Both the position numbers and the translations under genes were made by a program. This document shows positions 19,546 through 28,724 of a stretch of 64,000 bases of DNA, one piece after another (positions within the stretch are counted from its first letter, which is position 1; each line of letters starts with the position of its first letter). The notes under the pieces were generated by a model. It searched no databases, was not told the DNA's origin, and saw only the letters and a program-made list of their open reading frames with translations. Source of the DNA: an uncultured virus (IMG/VR IMGVR_UViG_3300021399_000124) (Duplodnaviria; Heunggongvirae; Uroviricota; Caudoviricetes); the IMG/VR virus record IMGVR_UViG_3300021399_000124; one strand, written 5' to 3'.

Positions 19546-20532
19546 ATGAATGGCAGAATGGAAAACAGAATTAAAACAGAAAACATTATTAAAGAAACTC
19601 TGAAAACATTGCCTGAATATGCAACAAATTATTATTACAATCTTTCAGTTTCGTTAGAACCAAAAACGTGTCTTGAGTATATTAGAGTTATTAAAAGGAT
19701 GTTAAACTATCTTGACAATAAAGATGTTAAGACTATCTCGGATGTAGATATCGCAAGATTTATGCATGCAATAGAGATTAAAACAAATAATCGGGGAGAA
19801 GTTTCACAAACCAGTTTTTCGTATCGCAAAACAGTTTATTCCACTCTAAACAATTTCTTTTCGTATATGATGAAATCAAAAATGATTGAGTCCAATCCTA
19901 TGGACTGTATTTCAAGACCAAAAAATTCTGATACTGTTACTAGACCACATTTAACTTCTGAAGACTTTAAGAAAATTCTGAACCAGGTTGAACTTGGCGG
20001 AGGATCAAAGCGGGCGACAAGTTATCAGAAAAAATGGAAGACTAGAGATTTCGCTATCTTTATGTTGTTTATGACAACCGGAATGAGAGAAACTGCATTA
20101 ACGGAAATCAATGTTGGAGATGTGGATTTTGAAAAAGGATTTATTACAGTTATAGACAAGAGATATAAAGTTCATGTTTACCATATGAAAGATAAAGTTG
20201 CCAATGCTTTGAGAGCATGGCTTTACGACAGGCAGAGGCTGCTTGGTGATGTAAAATCCGATGCCTTGTTTATCTCTAACCGTAAAGCGAGAATAAACGA
20301 AGACAGTGTAAGCGAAATCGTAAAGAAATACACGAAGGATGCATTAGGATATGCAATCAGTCCTCACAAGATTCGATCGGCATTCTGTACGATTCTTTAT
20401 GAACAGACTGGGGATATTGAATTTGTCCGAGATGCAGTTGGACATAGCAATGTAGCCACAACGCAGCGATATATTGTTAAAGATAATACTGCGAAAGATA
20501 AATCAGCAAGTATTATTGATTCATTGATTTAA
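19546..20532 (+). CDS. Tyrosine recombinase-family protein (SPbeta YopP-like)
   Basis: TGMR, HKIR, GH and RY catalytic residues; N-terminal SAM-like region. Confidence 0.85.
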   Translation: MNGRMENRIKTENIIKETLKTLPEYATNYYYNLSVSLEPKTCLEYIRVIKRMLNYLDNKDVKTISDVDIARFMHAIEIKTNNRGEVSQTSFSYRKTVYSTLNNFFSYMMKSKMIESNPMDCISRPKNSDTVTRPHLTSEDFKKILNQVELGGGSKRATSYQKKWKTRDFAIFMLFMTTGMRETALTEINVGDVDFEKGFITVIDKRYKVHVYHMKDKVANALRAWLYDRQRLLGDVKSDALFISNRKARINEDSVSEIVKKYTKDALGYAISPHKIRSAFCTILYEQTGDIEFVRDAVGHSNVATTQRYIVKDNTAKDKSASIIDSLI

Positions 20533-20548
20533 AAAAGGAGAAAAAAAT

Positions 20549-20790
20549 ATGGGACTTGATATGTATTTATACAGATATCCGAGGTATAAGAATTATAGAC
20601 CAGAAGACATTGATGCCGTACAGGATTATATGGAATATATGAATAATCCAGAGCTACAGGAGAAATACACTGTTAAACAGTAGAAATCGCCGAGGATAAT
20701 TACGGCTGGGAATATGACGGCGAAATCGAGGAACATTATAATCCTATTTTGATGCGTGGATGGGCAGAGTATGAAGAGAGAAGGAGAAAC
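20549..20790 (+). pseudogene. Truncated MGLDMYL-type phage gene remnant
   Basis: Strong RBS, MGLDMYLYRYP... stops after ~44 aa; remaining sequence is coding-like in another frame. Confidence 0.4.
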
Positions 20791-20794
20791 GTAA

Positions 20795-21187
20795 ATGAGT
20801 AATTGGACACATGTGGCTGGAATTATCAGAATTGATTCAATGAGAATATTTGATGAGAATATTGATTTTGACAAGAAAATCGGAAGAGAATGTCTCTGGG
20901 ATGACGATATTGAAGTATGGGATGAAATGGAAAAACATCCTAATAGATTCATGCCGATGGGAAGCGAGGGCAGTCTCCGCAAAGTTGTTTGGGATAATCC
21001 AAACAAAGACAGTGTTGCCGCATATACCGTTTCAATTTTCGGAGATCTTCGAGACCATGATGATCCGGATGAAATTATCAAATGGTTTAAGAAAATTTGT
21101 AAAAAATTTATCGTAAGGAGTGCAGTAATTACTGTAGATAATGAACTTAATGGAAACAGATTTTGGAATTATACTTATGGAGATTGA
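20795..21187 (+). CDS. Hypothetical phage protein
   Basis: RBS; motifs WTHV, PMGSEGSL, FGDLRD. Confidence 0.75.
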   Translation: MSNWTHVAGIIRIDSMRIFDENIDFDKKIGRECLWDDDIEVWDEMEKHPNRFMPMGSEGSLRKVVWDNPNKDSVAAYTVSIFGDLRDHDDPDEIIKWFKKICKKFIVRSAVITVDNELNGNRFWNYTYGD

Positions 21188-21190
21188 GAT

Positions 21191-21391
21191 ATGAGATATT
21201 ATAGCATTCACAGACCGGTAGCACCAGGAACATTTCCGAAAACAGTAAAGGTAAACGAGATTCATAACTGTCCGGCACTGACATATTTTCCAGAGATTGG
21301 AAGAGGAGCATGGGGATGGATCGATTATGCCGGTGAACTTGACGAGAAGGACGCCGATGCTTATGAACTTGTAAAATATGGAGAAAAATAA
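21191..21391 (+). CDS. Small DarA C-terminal-like (polyvalent-protein-associated) domain protein
   Basis: YYS..RP..PGTFPK...AWGWIDY...L......YEL pattern. Confidence 0.5.
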   Translation: MRYYSIHRPVAPGTFPKTVKVNEIHNCPALTYFPEIGRGAWGWIDYAGELDEKDADAYELVKYGEK

Positions 21392-21833
21392 AATGACAGA
21401 CGTTAAAAAAGGTGGTAATATGAATAAAGAGAGACAAATAAAAAATATTCAATGGACGATTAACTTACCCATGTCTTTTCCTGTTGATTGGAGTAATGAA
21501 TTAATAGAATTTCATTTAAATGAATCAAGTTGGTGCTGTGATAATTTGATTGATGATTTATTGAAATATAGTAAAGGACATGGTTGTATATGTTCAATTT
21601 GTAAAGCTAAAGTAAAAAATTCTTAAATATTATAATGAAGGAGAAGAGTGGTTATGAGAAAAGACAAAGAATATTGGTTTGATTTAGGAAACGGAAAGAA
21701 AGCTCGCCTAGAGTTCGAGGTTGACAGGTGGTTTACTTCTTATATTCATGATGGCTTGAGCCAGGATGAGTCTTTTAAAAACGAACTCGATGCATTGCGT
21801 GAGATTCTGTCTCATTGTGAGATTGATGAATAA
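21378..21833 (+). CDS. Two small hypothetical ORFs (21378-21626, 21648-21833)
   Basis: ORF track; RBS-like sequences. Confidence 0.55.
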
Positions 21834-21980
21834 TGAATGTCGGCATCATTGATGCGGATTTTATCGGAAGAGAACGTCATCGCTTCCCCAATTGTGTACA
21901 GCAATGAGATGCTTGGAATTATACGAAAAGGAATATCCTCAGATTGCTGATAAATATTTTTGACTTAAAGTATAATTAAA
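21833..21980 (+). pseudogene. Internally deleted gene remnant (N- and C-termini only)
   Basis: MNVGIIDADFIGRERHRFPN joined out of frame to AMRCLELYEKEYPQIADKYF/DLKY*. Confidence 0.5.
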
Positions 21981-22041
21981 ATTTGGTGATAAATATGAAA
22001 ACATTAATTAAAATTTGGTGATAAATATGAAAACATTAATT
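21975..22041 (+). repeat. 32-bp perfect tandem duplication
   Basis: ATTAAAATTTGGTGATAAATATGAAAACATTA at 21975 and 22007. Confidence 0.9.
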
Positions 22042-22257
22042 GACAAGAGAGATAATCATATTTGGTTTACAGAAGATGAGTTATTAGCTGCAATCAAATA
22101 TTATAAGTATTATGCAAGGGACATGAAGATTCCCAAACTGACAGATGGTCAGAAAGAATTTAACAAGAGAATCACAAAATGTAAGACGCTTTCAGAACTT
22201 GCGAATCTGTACAATCACGAGCATAATAGCCTTGAAATTTTAACGGTAAGACAATGA
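22015..22257 (+). CDS. Hypothetical protein
   Basis: ORF track; GGTG RBS before ATG 22027. Confidence 0.6.
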   Translation: MVINMKTLIDKRDNHIWFTEDELLAAIKYYKYYARDMKIPKLTDGQKEFNKRITKCKTLSELANLYNHEHNSLEILTVRQ

Positions 22258-22277
22258 GATAAAAAACACGAATCATA

Positions 22278-22306
22278 TTGACATAGTTTGTAAAATATAT
22301 TAAAAT
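22278..22306 (+). promoter_or_regulatory. sigmaA-type promoter for the DGQHR/repressor pair
   Basis: TTGACA-17-TAAAAT. Confidence 0.7.
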
Positions 22307-22349
22307 ATCGGTGATAAGATTACATATTCATATGAGGAGGGAAAATAAT

Positions 22350-23564
22350 ATGATCAATAGAGACAAATGCGAAAATCTTATCGTTGATACAATAGAAGCT
22401 AACGCTGGGAAGCGGGCGTTCAGACGTATAATAACCGACACCTTGATGCAGGATCATGGTGTAATGAAGGGAAAGACTCTTCAGTTGATTGGGAATAAAG
22501 AGCATTTAAAAGCAGCCTCAGTCGAGGAATTGTTGTGGCTGTGTGATGCTATTTCTCTTGCCCTAGACGGTTCTGTATCATTTAAAGAATTCTTTACTCC
22601 GAATGAAGTAGGAATGTATCGGAATTCTAAGACAAAGCGTGAGGATGAGTCTGCTTATCCAGTCGTATTTAAGAATGTATTACAAATCAATAATGACCAG
22701 TGGGTAACAACAATAAATATTGATGAATTATATGACTTATATAAAAAACAGCTCATCAATTACAATAAGAATACACAGAGACCTACTCGCAGAAGGGAAG
22801 TTAATGGTCTCGTAGAATATAAAATCAGCGTAAATAAACGTTCTATAAGAGAAATCACGCAGCTGATGAGAGACCATCTGTTCATTCCTAATGCACTGAC
22901 ATTTAATATTAACATTGATAATGTGGAGAATAGCTTCACGTATTCAAATGGAAGGTTGGAACTACTCTCTGGCGTGTTTGATATTATCGATGGATTTCAC
23001 AGATATAAATCGTTGATTGACTGCAAGATAGAAAACCCGGCATTTAACTATAATATGGTGTTGAATATCATGAACTTTACAGAAGAAAAAGCCGGAACAT
23101 ATATCGCCCAGGAAGACAAGAGAAACAAGATTTCAAAGTCCGTGGTCAAGACGATGGACGCCAATAATCCCGTCAACTTTGTCATCCAGAGACTTAATGA
23201 TGATGGCGGATCATATCTGCGGGGCGAGATTGGAAGAACAGGTAATTATTCTGTTAATTCCGCATGGCTATTTGAAGCGATTTCAAAGTGTTATAAGGTA
23301 GATGATAACAGAGATGGCATCGCTCTGGTGCGATATCTGCGAGAGGCTTTTAATGCAGTCATTGAGGATGGAACTTTTGAGAAGACATTCCTTGGCGTGG
23401 CAGTTGTTGTGATTGCCTCCAGCATGTATCGTGAAACTGAGGATATTAATAAGATAAAGACGATTGTTGGGGCAGCCAAATATTTACCTGAAGACATAAA
23501 AAAAGAAACAACAGTCACAAAGAAGCTGATATCGGCAGTAAACAATCTTGAGAGGTGGGGATAA
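22350..23564 (+). CDS. DGQHR/DndB-like (ParB-superfamily) protein, SPbeta YopQ-like
   Basis: YNKNTQR, FIPNALTFN and IIDGFHR motifs; GAGGAGG RBS. Confidence 0.75.
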   Translation: MINRDKCENLIVDTIEANAGKRAFRRIITDTLMQDHGVMKGKTLQLIGNKEHLKAASVEELLWLCDAISLALDGSVSFKEFFTPNEVGMYRNSKTKREDESAYPVVFKNVLQINNDQWVTTINIDELYDLYKKQLINYNKNTQRPTRRREVNGLVEYKISVNKRSIREITQLMRDHLFIPNALTFNINIDNVENSFTYSNGRLELLSGVFDIIDGFHRYKSLIDCKIENPAFNYNMVLNIMNFTEEKAGTYIAQEDKRNKISKSVVKTMDANNPVNFVIQRLNDDGGSYLRGEIGRTGNYSVNSAWLFEAISKCYKVDDNRDGIALVRYLREAFNAVIEDGTFEKTFLGVAVVVIASSMYRETEDINKIKTIVGAAKYLPEDIKKETTVTKKLISAVNNLERWG

Positions 23565-24490
23565 TGTATAACGAAGAAATTAAAAATGAATATTTAGGAC
23601 AGATGCAACTTCAAAATGCAAAGAAAATAGCGTTTAGTATTTTTAATAATAATCTTGGTTATGAAGAATATTTTGGAAAGGATTTTTGTAACTTCACAAA
23701 CCAGGAGATCCTTGAATATTTCACGGCATTGGATTCCGTGGCTTTTGAATCATTAAATACAAAATGTTCTCTGCTCAGAACGTATACTCAGTGGTGTATC
23801 GAGCATAATCTTTCGGCAGATAATATTAATCATTATGACTCTATTACAAGAGAGAATCTGCGAAGTTGTTTAGACAAGACATTATATCAATCCAAGTTTG
23901 TTTCACTTGATGAACTAAAAGAGATATGCAGTCAGTTTATCAATGTCAGCGACCGAGCAGTTTGTTATTGTATTTTCTTTGGTGTTTATGGTAAGAGTGG
24001 CGAAGAGTTAAGAGAATTGACAGCTAGTTGCATTAATACTAATACCGGTCATATTAAACTTCACAATGGGAGAGAACTTGATGTACCTGTTTGGGTGGCT
24101 AAAGAATTATATGACAGCTGCGAGACTTACGAATATACTGTTATTAGAGAAAATGGTGATTTGTTTGATGTTAGACTAAGAGACACAGATCCGACAGTAT
24201 TTAAAGCAAGAGATAATTCCAGTAGTGATTCACTTCATGCATTCTCAAAACGGATTTCAAGGCGTTTAGGTATGCTTGGGAAAGAGTCCGAAAGCGTAAC
24301 CATGACGACAAAGCGTCTCAAGAATTCTGGTATGATTTATAAAATAAAGAAGCTTATGGAAGAAAATGGACTGACTGTCGAGGAAACATACGAAAGGCAA
24401 GAGACAAAAGATATTTTTGCCGAGTACAAATTAAAATATCCAGTAAGTCTTGGATTATTTTTAGAAAGATACGAATCTTTCCTTCGGTAA
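23564..24490 (+). CDS. Degenerate integrase-fold protein, SPbeta YopR/MrpR-like repressor
   Basis: MYNEEIKNEYL start, GKDFCNF, SAM-like N-domain; catalytic R and HxxR absent; coupled to the YopQ-like gene. Confidence 0.7.
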   Translation: MYNEEIKNEYLGQMQLQNAKKIAFSIFNNNLGYEEYFGKDFCNFTNQEILEYFTALDSVAFESLNTKCSLLRTYTQWCIEHNLSADNINHYDSITRENLRSCLDKTLYQSKFVSLDELKEICSQFINVSDRAVCYCIFFGVYGKSGEELRELTASCINTNTGHIKLHNGRELDVPVWVAKELYDSCETYEYTVIRENGDLFDVRLRDTDPTVFKARDNSSSDSLHAFSKRISRRLGMLGKESESVTMTTKRLKNSGMIYKIKKLMEENGLTVEETYERQETKDIFAEYKLKYPVSLGLFLERYESFLR

Positions 24491-24493
24491 ATA

Positions 24494-24520
24494 TAGGCGA
24501 CCGGGCTTGCCCGGTTGTCT
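24494..24520 (+). terminator. Hairpin/terminator after repressor gene
   Basis: AGGCGACCGGG-CTTG-CCCGGTTGTCT stem; weak U-tract. Confidence 0.5.
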
Positions 24521-24549
24521 CATACATCATAAAGAGTAAATAAATATAT

Positions 24550-24578
24550 TTGACAAAATAATCATAAGGAGTTATAAT
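24550..24578 (+). promoter_or_regulatory. sigmaA-type promoter
   Basis: TTGACA-17-TATAAT. Confidence 0.75.
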
Positions 24579-24863
24579 ATATGAAGATGATAATTACTTC
24601 AGACTGTGAAGTTTGCAAGAACGGAATCCTGGAAGAAGAGAATGACAAACCGCTAAAAGTTTATTGTTGTAAACGAGACAAAAGCTATTACTTCGGGCAG
24701 TGCATCCCGTGTGATGACTTCATTTCAAAAACTCATAGAAAGGACTGATGCCTTTGTTCTTGTGGCTAATGTTATTGCCGATAGCAACTGTGGTGGCGAT
24801 AGTGTATATGTTTGCATTCCAGATGTTTGTATCGAGCGGAATCGATGAAACAATAAAAGCTAT

Positions 24864-25253
24864 TTGGAAATGGATAAGGAGTATCTTATGAGTCTTGATA
24901 AAGGAATTAAGCATGGCAAAGAAAAGCGAAAACAATATTATGGATCAAAAGCCATTGATAAATCCTGTCGGAATCATGGTAGTGATGACTGGGCGCTTGC
25001 AAACCGAAAGTATCGGGCTAACCGAGAAGAAGAGAGAACTGCTATTGAATTAAATGAATATAACAAAGGAGAAGATAATATGGGTCTTGTTTTAGCAGAA
25101 TTAAAAGAGAAATTAAAAAAACTTGAAGCACAGCAGTTTTATCATGAAATGAAGGATGGATGGGATAGCGCAGATTTTAGTTATGCCAATAAGCTGGAGG
25201 CAGAGATTGACGAATTAAAGTCATATATCAAGGAGTTGGAGAAAACTAGATGA
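24864..25253 (+). CDS. Hypothetical protein (possibly two in-frame ORFs)
   Basis: HGKEKRK..YGSKAIDKSCRNHG motif; internal RBS plus ATG at 25080. Confidence 0.6.
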   Translation: MEMDKEYLMSLDKGIKHGKEKRKQYYGSKAIDKSCRNHGSDDWALANRKYRANREEERTAIELNEYNKGEDNMGLVLAELKEKLKKLEAQQFYHEMKDGWDSADFSYANKLEAEIDELKSYIKELEKTR

Positions 25254-26005
25254 ATGTGCGGGGCAGGAAATTATTTCAAAGATTAAAGTTAAAACAAGAT
25301 ATGACAACAATCATTCTTCCAAGGATAATTATAGCAAAATGCGGTGATAAAGTAGATGTTTCTAACTATACGGCCAGTGGTACTATATGTGTAAACGCAT
25401 TGACAGAAGATGGTTCTGTAGGAGAGACCATAAAACGAACATTTAATATTAGTAAAAATTCTGATAAATGGTATCTCAACAAAGAAAGAAGCATTCAATT
25501 GCCAAACAAGCATGACAAATACATCATTAAATATGAGGGAACAACGTCTGATGGTTGTCTGCCTGGTAGATTAATATACGAATATAACTATGCTTATTTA
25601 AAAAACAAGCCTTTTAGATGTCCGGCAAATGGATCTTTTATTGGATATAAAATTGCTAGAACATATAGAACATATGAGGAAGATGATAGTGTTTTGCTGA
25701 ATTACGATTTCGTAATTATTAAACTTAAAATACCAGAGGATGCAAAAAGATCTTCTGTGAGTCCTGCATATGGGGCTAAATGCAGATGCGATAAGGCAAA
25801 AGTAATAGATATTTTTGATATTAACAATAAATCTAAAAAATATTGTGAAGCAAGAAGTGGCTATGATTATAATTTTTCATATAAGGTTGGTGAAACAGTG
25901 TCTGTCAATAATTTCTGTGATGATAGGTTTAAAGAATGCGCTCCTGGAATTCACTTTTTCATGAGTTCGTTTGAGGCGATGGCTTACGTGGCTGTAAGGT
26001 GTTAA
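25250..26005 (+). CDS. DUF5758-like domain protein
   Basis: KLKIPEDAKRSS, KCRCDKAKV, YKVGETV, ECAPGIHFF. Confidence 0.7.
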   Translation: MNVRGRKLFQRLKLKQDMTTIILPRIIIAKCGDKVDVSNYTASGTICVNALTEDGSVGETIKRTFNISKNSDKWYLNKERSIQLPNKHDKYIIKYEGTTSDGCLPGRLIYEYNYAYLKNKPFRCPANGSFIGYKIARTYRTYEEDDSVLLNYDFVIIKLKIPEDAKRSSVSPAYGAKCRCDKAKVIDIFDINNKSKKYCEARSGYDYNFSYKVGETVSVNNFCDDRFKECAPGIHFFMSSFEAMAYVAVRC

Positions 26006-26008
26006 AAA

Positions 26009-26683
26009 ATGGAGGTTAAAATAATGGCAACAATTGATTATGGCGCTGTTTTGTTTAAGAACGGAAAGCAGGTTAATCATGAAATGTTTATGGATATGTT
26101 CGACGCTGTTGGTTGGGTCGATGCCCCACGCATAAAGTATCCAGACTGCGACTATCTTGATAAGTGGGGATATTCTGACTGTAGCGATTGCCAAAAAGTG
26201 CATATGAAACAATATCATTCTGAAGAATATGGAGACTTTGAAGAAATCGATACAGATTGCAAAGGCAATGATTTATGGGATTTTAGACCAAAGATTGATA
26301 GAAACTATTATGTTTATGTCGGTGACGAACATTTAACTGTTGCAGCATATAAATATTCGTTTGTTGTATTATGTGATAAGAAGGTGGTCGCCAAGTATTG
26401 GGGAGTAAAAAAATGGGAGGAACAGGCCGGTTTGGAAAGAAGAAGTCGTCACTTCAAGATTGATGATGTAGATTTCTCCGTTAAAGCAATCCTTCCAGAT
26501 CAGGTTCATAAACTATCATTTAGATACAATGGAGATTATTATGACATTGTATATGGTTATTGTATAGATCCGGATATGAAGATTTGGGACGATGCAAAAA
26601 ATCGCTATCTTGGCAAGAGGGGCGCTCGAAAGGTTGATAACCTTTATCGAAGAATTCGGAAATCTAGAAAGTTCTATCATTAA
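26009..26683 (+). CDS. Hypothetical phage protein
   Basis: 224 aa ORF; GGAGG RBS before internal ATG. Confidence 0.7.
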   Translation: MEVKIMATIDYGAVLFKNGKQVNHEMFMDMFDAVGWVDAPRIKYPDCDYLDKWGYSDCSDCQKVHMKQYHSEEYGDFEEIDTDCKGNDLWDFRPKIDRNYYVYVGDEHLTVAAYKYSFVVLCDKKVVAKYWGVKKWEEQAGLERRSRHFKIDDVDFSVKAILPDQVHKLSFRYNGDYYDIVYGYCIDPDMKIWDDAKNRYLGKRGARKVDNLYRRIRKSRKFYH

Positions 26684-26703
26684 TATCTGATGGATGTATA
26701 AAT

Positions 26704-26973
26704 ATGACGGATATATTAATATATTTATTATTTCCGATTGGTTATGTTTTCGGAGTTTATATGTGCGCTATTGCTGAATACCACAGAAGGAGCAAGATTA
26801 CAATCGAACCGCTAAGTAAAAAAGAAATCCGAGAGCAGCTTGAGGACATCCAAAACATTGTAGAAAACGATGTGCATCCTGCCGTATCTCCGGATAATTG
26901 GTACATCTATTCGAATTTGCATGACGAAATCGAACAACTAGAAATACTCTTGAAGCAAAATAATGTGATTTAA
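26704..26973 (+). CDS. Small membrane-anchored hypothetical protein
   Basis: N-terminal TM; its stop lies inside the first cassette repeat. Confidence 0.65.
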   Translation: MTDILIYLLFPIGYVFGVYMCAIAEYHRRSKITIEPLSKKEIREQLEDIQNIVENDVHPAVSPDNWYIYSNLHDEIEQLEILLKQNNVI

Positions 26974-26995
26974 AGGAAACAAGGAGGACGCTAAC

Positions 26996-27124
26996 ATGGA
27001 TATTTGCATTGCGATATCAATTTTAATACCTCTCGCAATGGTGATTGGATGGCTGATTCACATCGCTGTTGTTTGGAAATGGGATTTTAATGCATGGTAT
27101 CATGACTCCGATGACGACATCTGA
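26996..27124 (+). CDS. Cassette ORF: 42-aa membrane peptide
   Basis: AAGGAGG RBS; MDICIAISILIPLAMVIGWLIHIAVVW...; stop abuts the repeat. Confidence 0.6.
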   Translation: MDICIAISILIPLAMVIGWLIHIAVVWKWDFNAWYHDSDDDI

Positions 27125-27148
27125 TTTAAAGAGAACGAGGTAACTGCC

Positions 27149-27367
27149 GTGGATGATAATGAACTTTTTGATCTTGTGCGAAAGAACTATACAGAAGCAA
27201 ACAAGGATTATATCAAAGAGCAAGTGAAAACTGTGCTTAAAGAACCTTCGATGACAAAGCAGGAAGTATTAGACGGTTTGATTGATTGGATAGTTGAAGC
27301 CGGATGCACAGGCATGAATGAGCATTACAGAAAGTTTGTGTTTTCGGCAATTGCTTATCTAACTTAA
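27149..27367 (+). CDS. Cassette ORF: hypothetical protein
   Basis: GAGGT RBS, GTG start; stop inside the repeat. Confidence 0.65.
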   Translation: MDDNELFDLVRKNYTEANKDYIKEQVKTVLKEPSMTKQEVLDGLIDWIVEAGCTGMNEHYRKFVFSAIAYLT

Positions 27368-27377
27368 AGGAGACAGT

Positions 27378-27566
27378 ATGCGTGAAAATAATAAAATTGA
27401 TATGCAGAAGAACCTATATGATATAACTAATCCAAACGAACTAAAAGTATATATTATGTCTATGCTTGAAGAGGTGTCAAAACTCCATCCTAATTATCCA
27501 CTTTATGGCTATGATTATAATGATGGAAAATTGATTTCCGTGCGAAGAACCAATGGAAGGTTATGA
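27378..27566 (+). CDS. Cassette ORF: hypothetical protein
   Basis: RBS supplied by the repeat (AAAGGAG); stop abuts the next repeat. Confidence 0.6.
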   Translation: MRENNKIDMQKNLYDITNPNELKVYIMSMLEEVSKLHPNYPLYGYDYNDGKLISVRRTNGRL

Positions 27567-27580
27567 TTTAAAGGAAACAT

Positions 27581-27661
27581 ATGAAAGAAACACTAACAGA
27601 ATTTTTTATCAAAGTATTTTTAGTGCTATTGATAATAAGCCTTATATACTGGCTAACTTAA
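27581..27661 (+). CDS. Cassette ORF: 26-aa hydrophobic peptide
   Basis: MKETLTEFFIKVFLVLLIISLIYWLT*; fills the inter-repeat interval. Confidence 0.45.
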   Translation: MKETLTEFFIKVFLVLLIISLIYWLT

Positions 27662-27783
27662 AGGGAACATTAACTGAGGAAGTTACGGAAGAATAAGCAG
27701 AGGTGACAGGATGAAAATTATAATCGCAACTCCCAACGGCGATTACATCGTTGAAAACGGAGTAGTAGGCAAGTGGTGACGGG

Positions 27784-27957
27784 ATGAACAAAAGGCCGAG
27801 CAAAGACCATTATCCGAAAGTGGTTAATGGACATTGGTATGTATACGATCCTTGCAAGGGTGGATTCGTAAGCACTGGAATCAAGACTACACATCTTGCA
27901 TATATCCTTGGAATCGTATGCGGAATGGTTCTGCGTGGGTGGATTTCAAGGATGTAG
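27784..27957 (+). CDS. Cassette ORF: 57-aa peptide with C-terminal hydrophobic helix
   Basis: MNKRPSKDHYPKVVNGHWYVYDP...; TAG abuts the repeat. Confidence 0.5.
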   Translation: MNKRPSKDHYPKVVNGHWYVYDPCKGGFVSTGIKTTHLAYILGIVCGMVLRGWISRM

Positions 27958-27982
27958 CGTAAAGGGAACAAAAGGAGGAATT

Positions 27983-28477
27983 ATGAGTCAGATAATTATA
28001 GCACCAAACGAAGACAAGTCGATTTTTCCTGTTTCAGTTTTTCTCGCAGGTGGAATTACGAACTGCGAGAATTGGCAAGAAAAGGTGTTGCGTGAATTGG
28101 AATGCGAAAATATCACGATTTTTAATCCAAGGCGCACATCTTTTAATATAGCGGATAAAAATGCTTCTGTTCAGCAAATTACATGGGAATATAATTGTTT
28201 GGAAAAAATGGATGTATTCAGTATGTATTTTTGCAATGGCGAATCAGACCAACCAATCTGCATGTACGAGTTAGGACGTAATATATTAAGGATGCAAAAT
28301 AGATTCCCTAGTGATTGGGAAAAGCGCATAGTAGTAGGCATTGAATCTGGCTATAAGCGCAAGCAGGATGTCATTGTTCAGATGGATTTATGCGCACCAA
28401 ATTTGTTTATTGAGTCCGATACTACGCCAGAACTACATGCGCAGTACATAAAAAAATGCGTTCGTAAATTTCTATAA
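27983..28477 (+). CDS. Cassette ORF: nucleoside 2-deoxyribosyltransferase-like protein
   Basis: VFLAGGI, WQ, FNPRR, QITWEY, PICMYELG motifs; AAGGAGG RBS. Confidence 0.8.
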   Translation: MSQIIIAPNEDKSIFPVSVFLAGGITNCENWQEKVLRELECENITIFNPRRTSFNIADKNASVQQITWEYNCLEKMDVFSMYFCNGESDQPICMYELGRNILRMQNRFPSDWEKRIVVGIESGYKRKQDVIVQMDLCAPNLFIESDTTPELHAQYIKKCVRKFL

Positions 28478-28492
28478 CAACTTAAAGAGAAC

Positions 28493-28586
28493 GTGCTATC
28501 GTGGCTCAGTGGGACGACACAAAGTCGATGTTGACTGCGATGGTTGATGGACAATCTCGTGCGGTTCGATTCCGCACCGATAGCAC
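28493..28586 (+). ncRNA. tRNA-like RNA filling one whole cassette
   Basis: 9-bp terminal stem GTGCTATCG/CGATAGCAC; T-arm GTGCGG-TTCGATT-CCGCAC; D-arm-like TGGCTCAGTGG; no canonical anticodon arm. Confidence 0.55.
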
Positions 28587-28604
28587 TAACTTAAAGAGAA
28601 CAGA

Positions 28605-28724
28605 ATGCTTAGATTAATTAAAAAAATACAGGTCTGGTTTTGGAATTTAGGCAACTGCAATCCTCCATACGATTGCCCGTTTTGTATGGACTGTTACGAC
28701 AATCCGCAAGACATTAAAGACTAA
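28605..28724 (+). CDS. Cassette ORF: 39-aa Cys-rich peptide
   Basis: ...GNCNPPYDCPFCMDCYD...; stop abuts the repeat. Confidence 0.5.
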   Translation: MLRLIKKIQVWFWNLGNCNPPYDCPFCMDCYDNPQDIKD

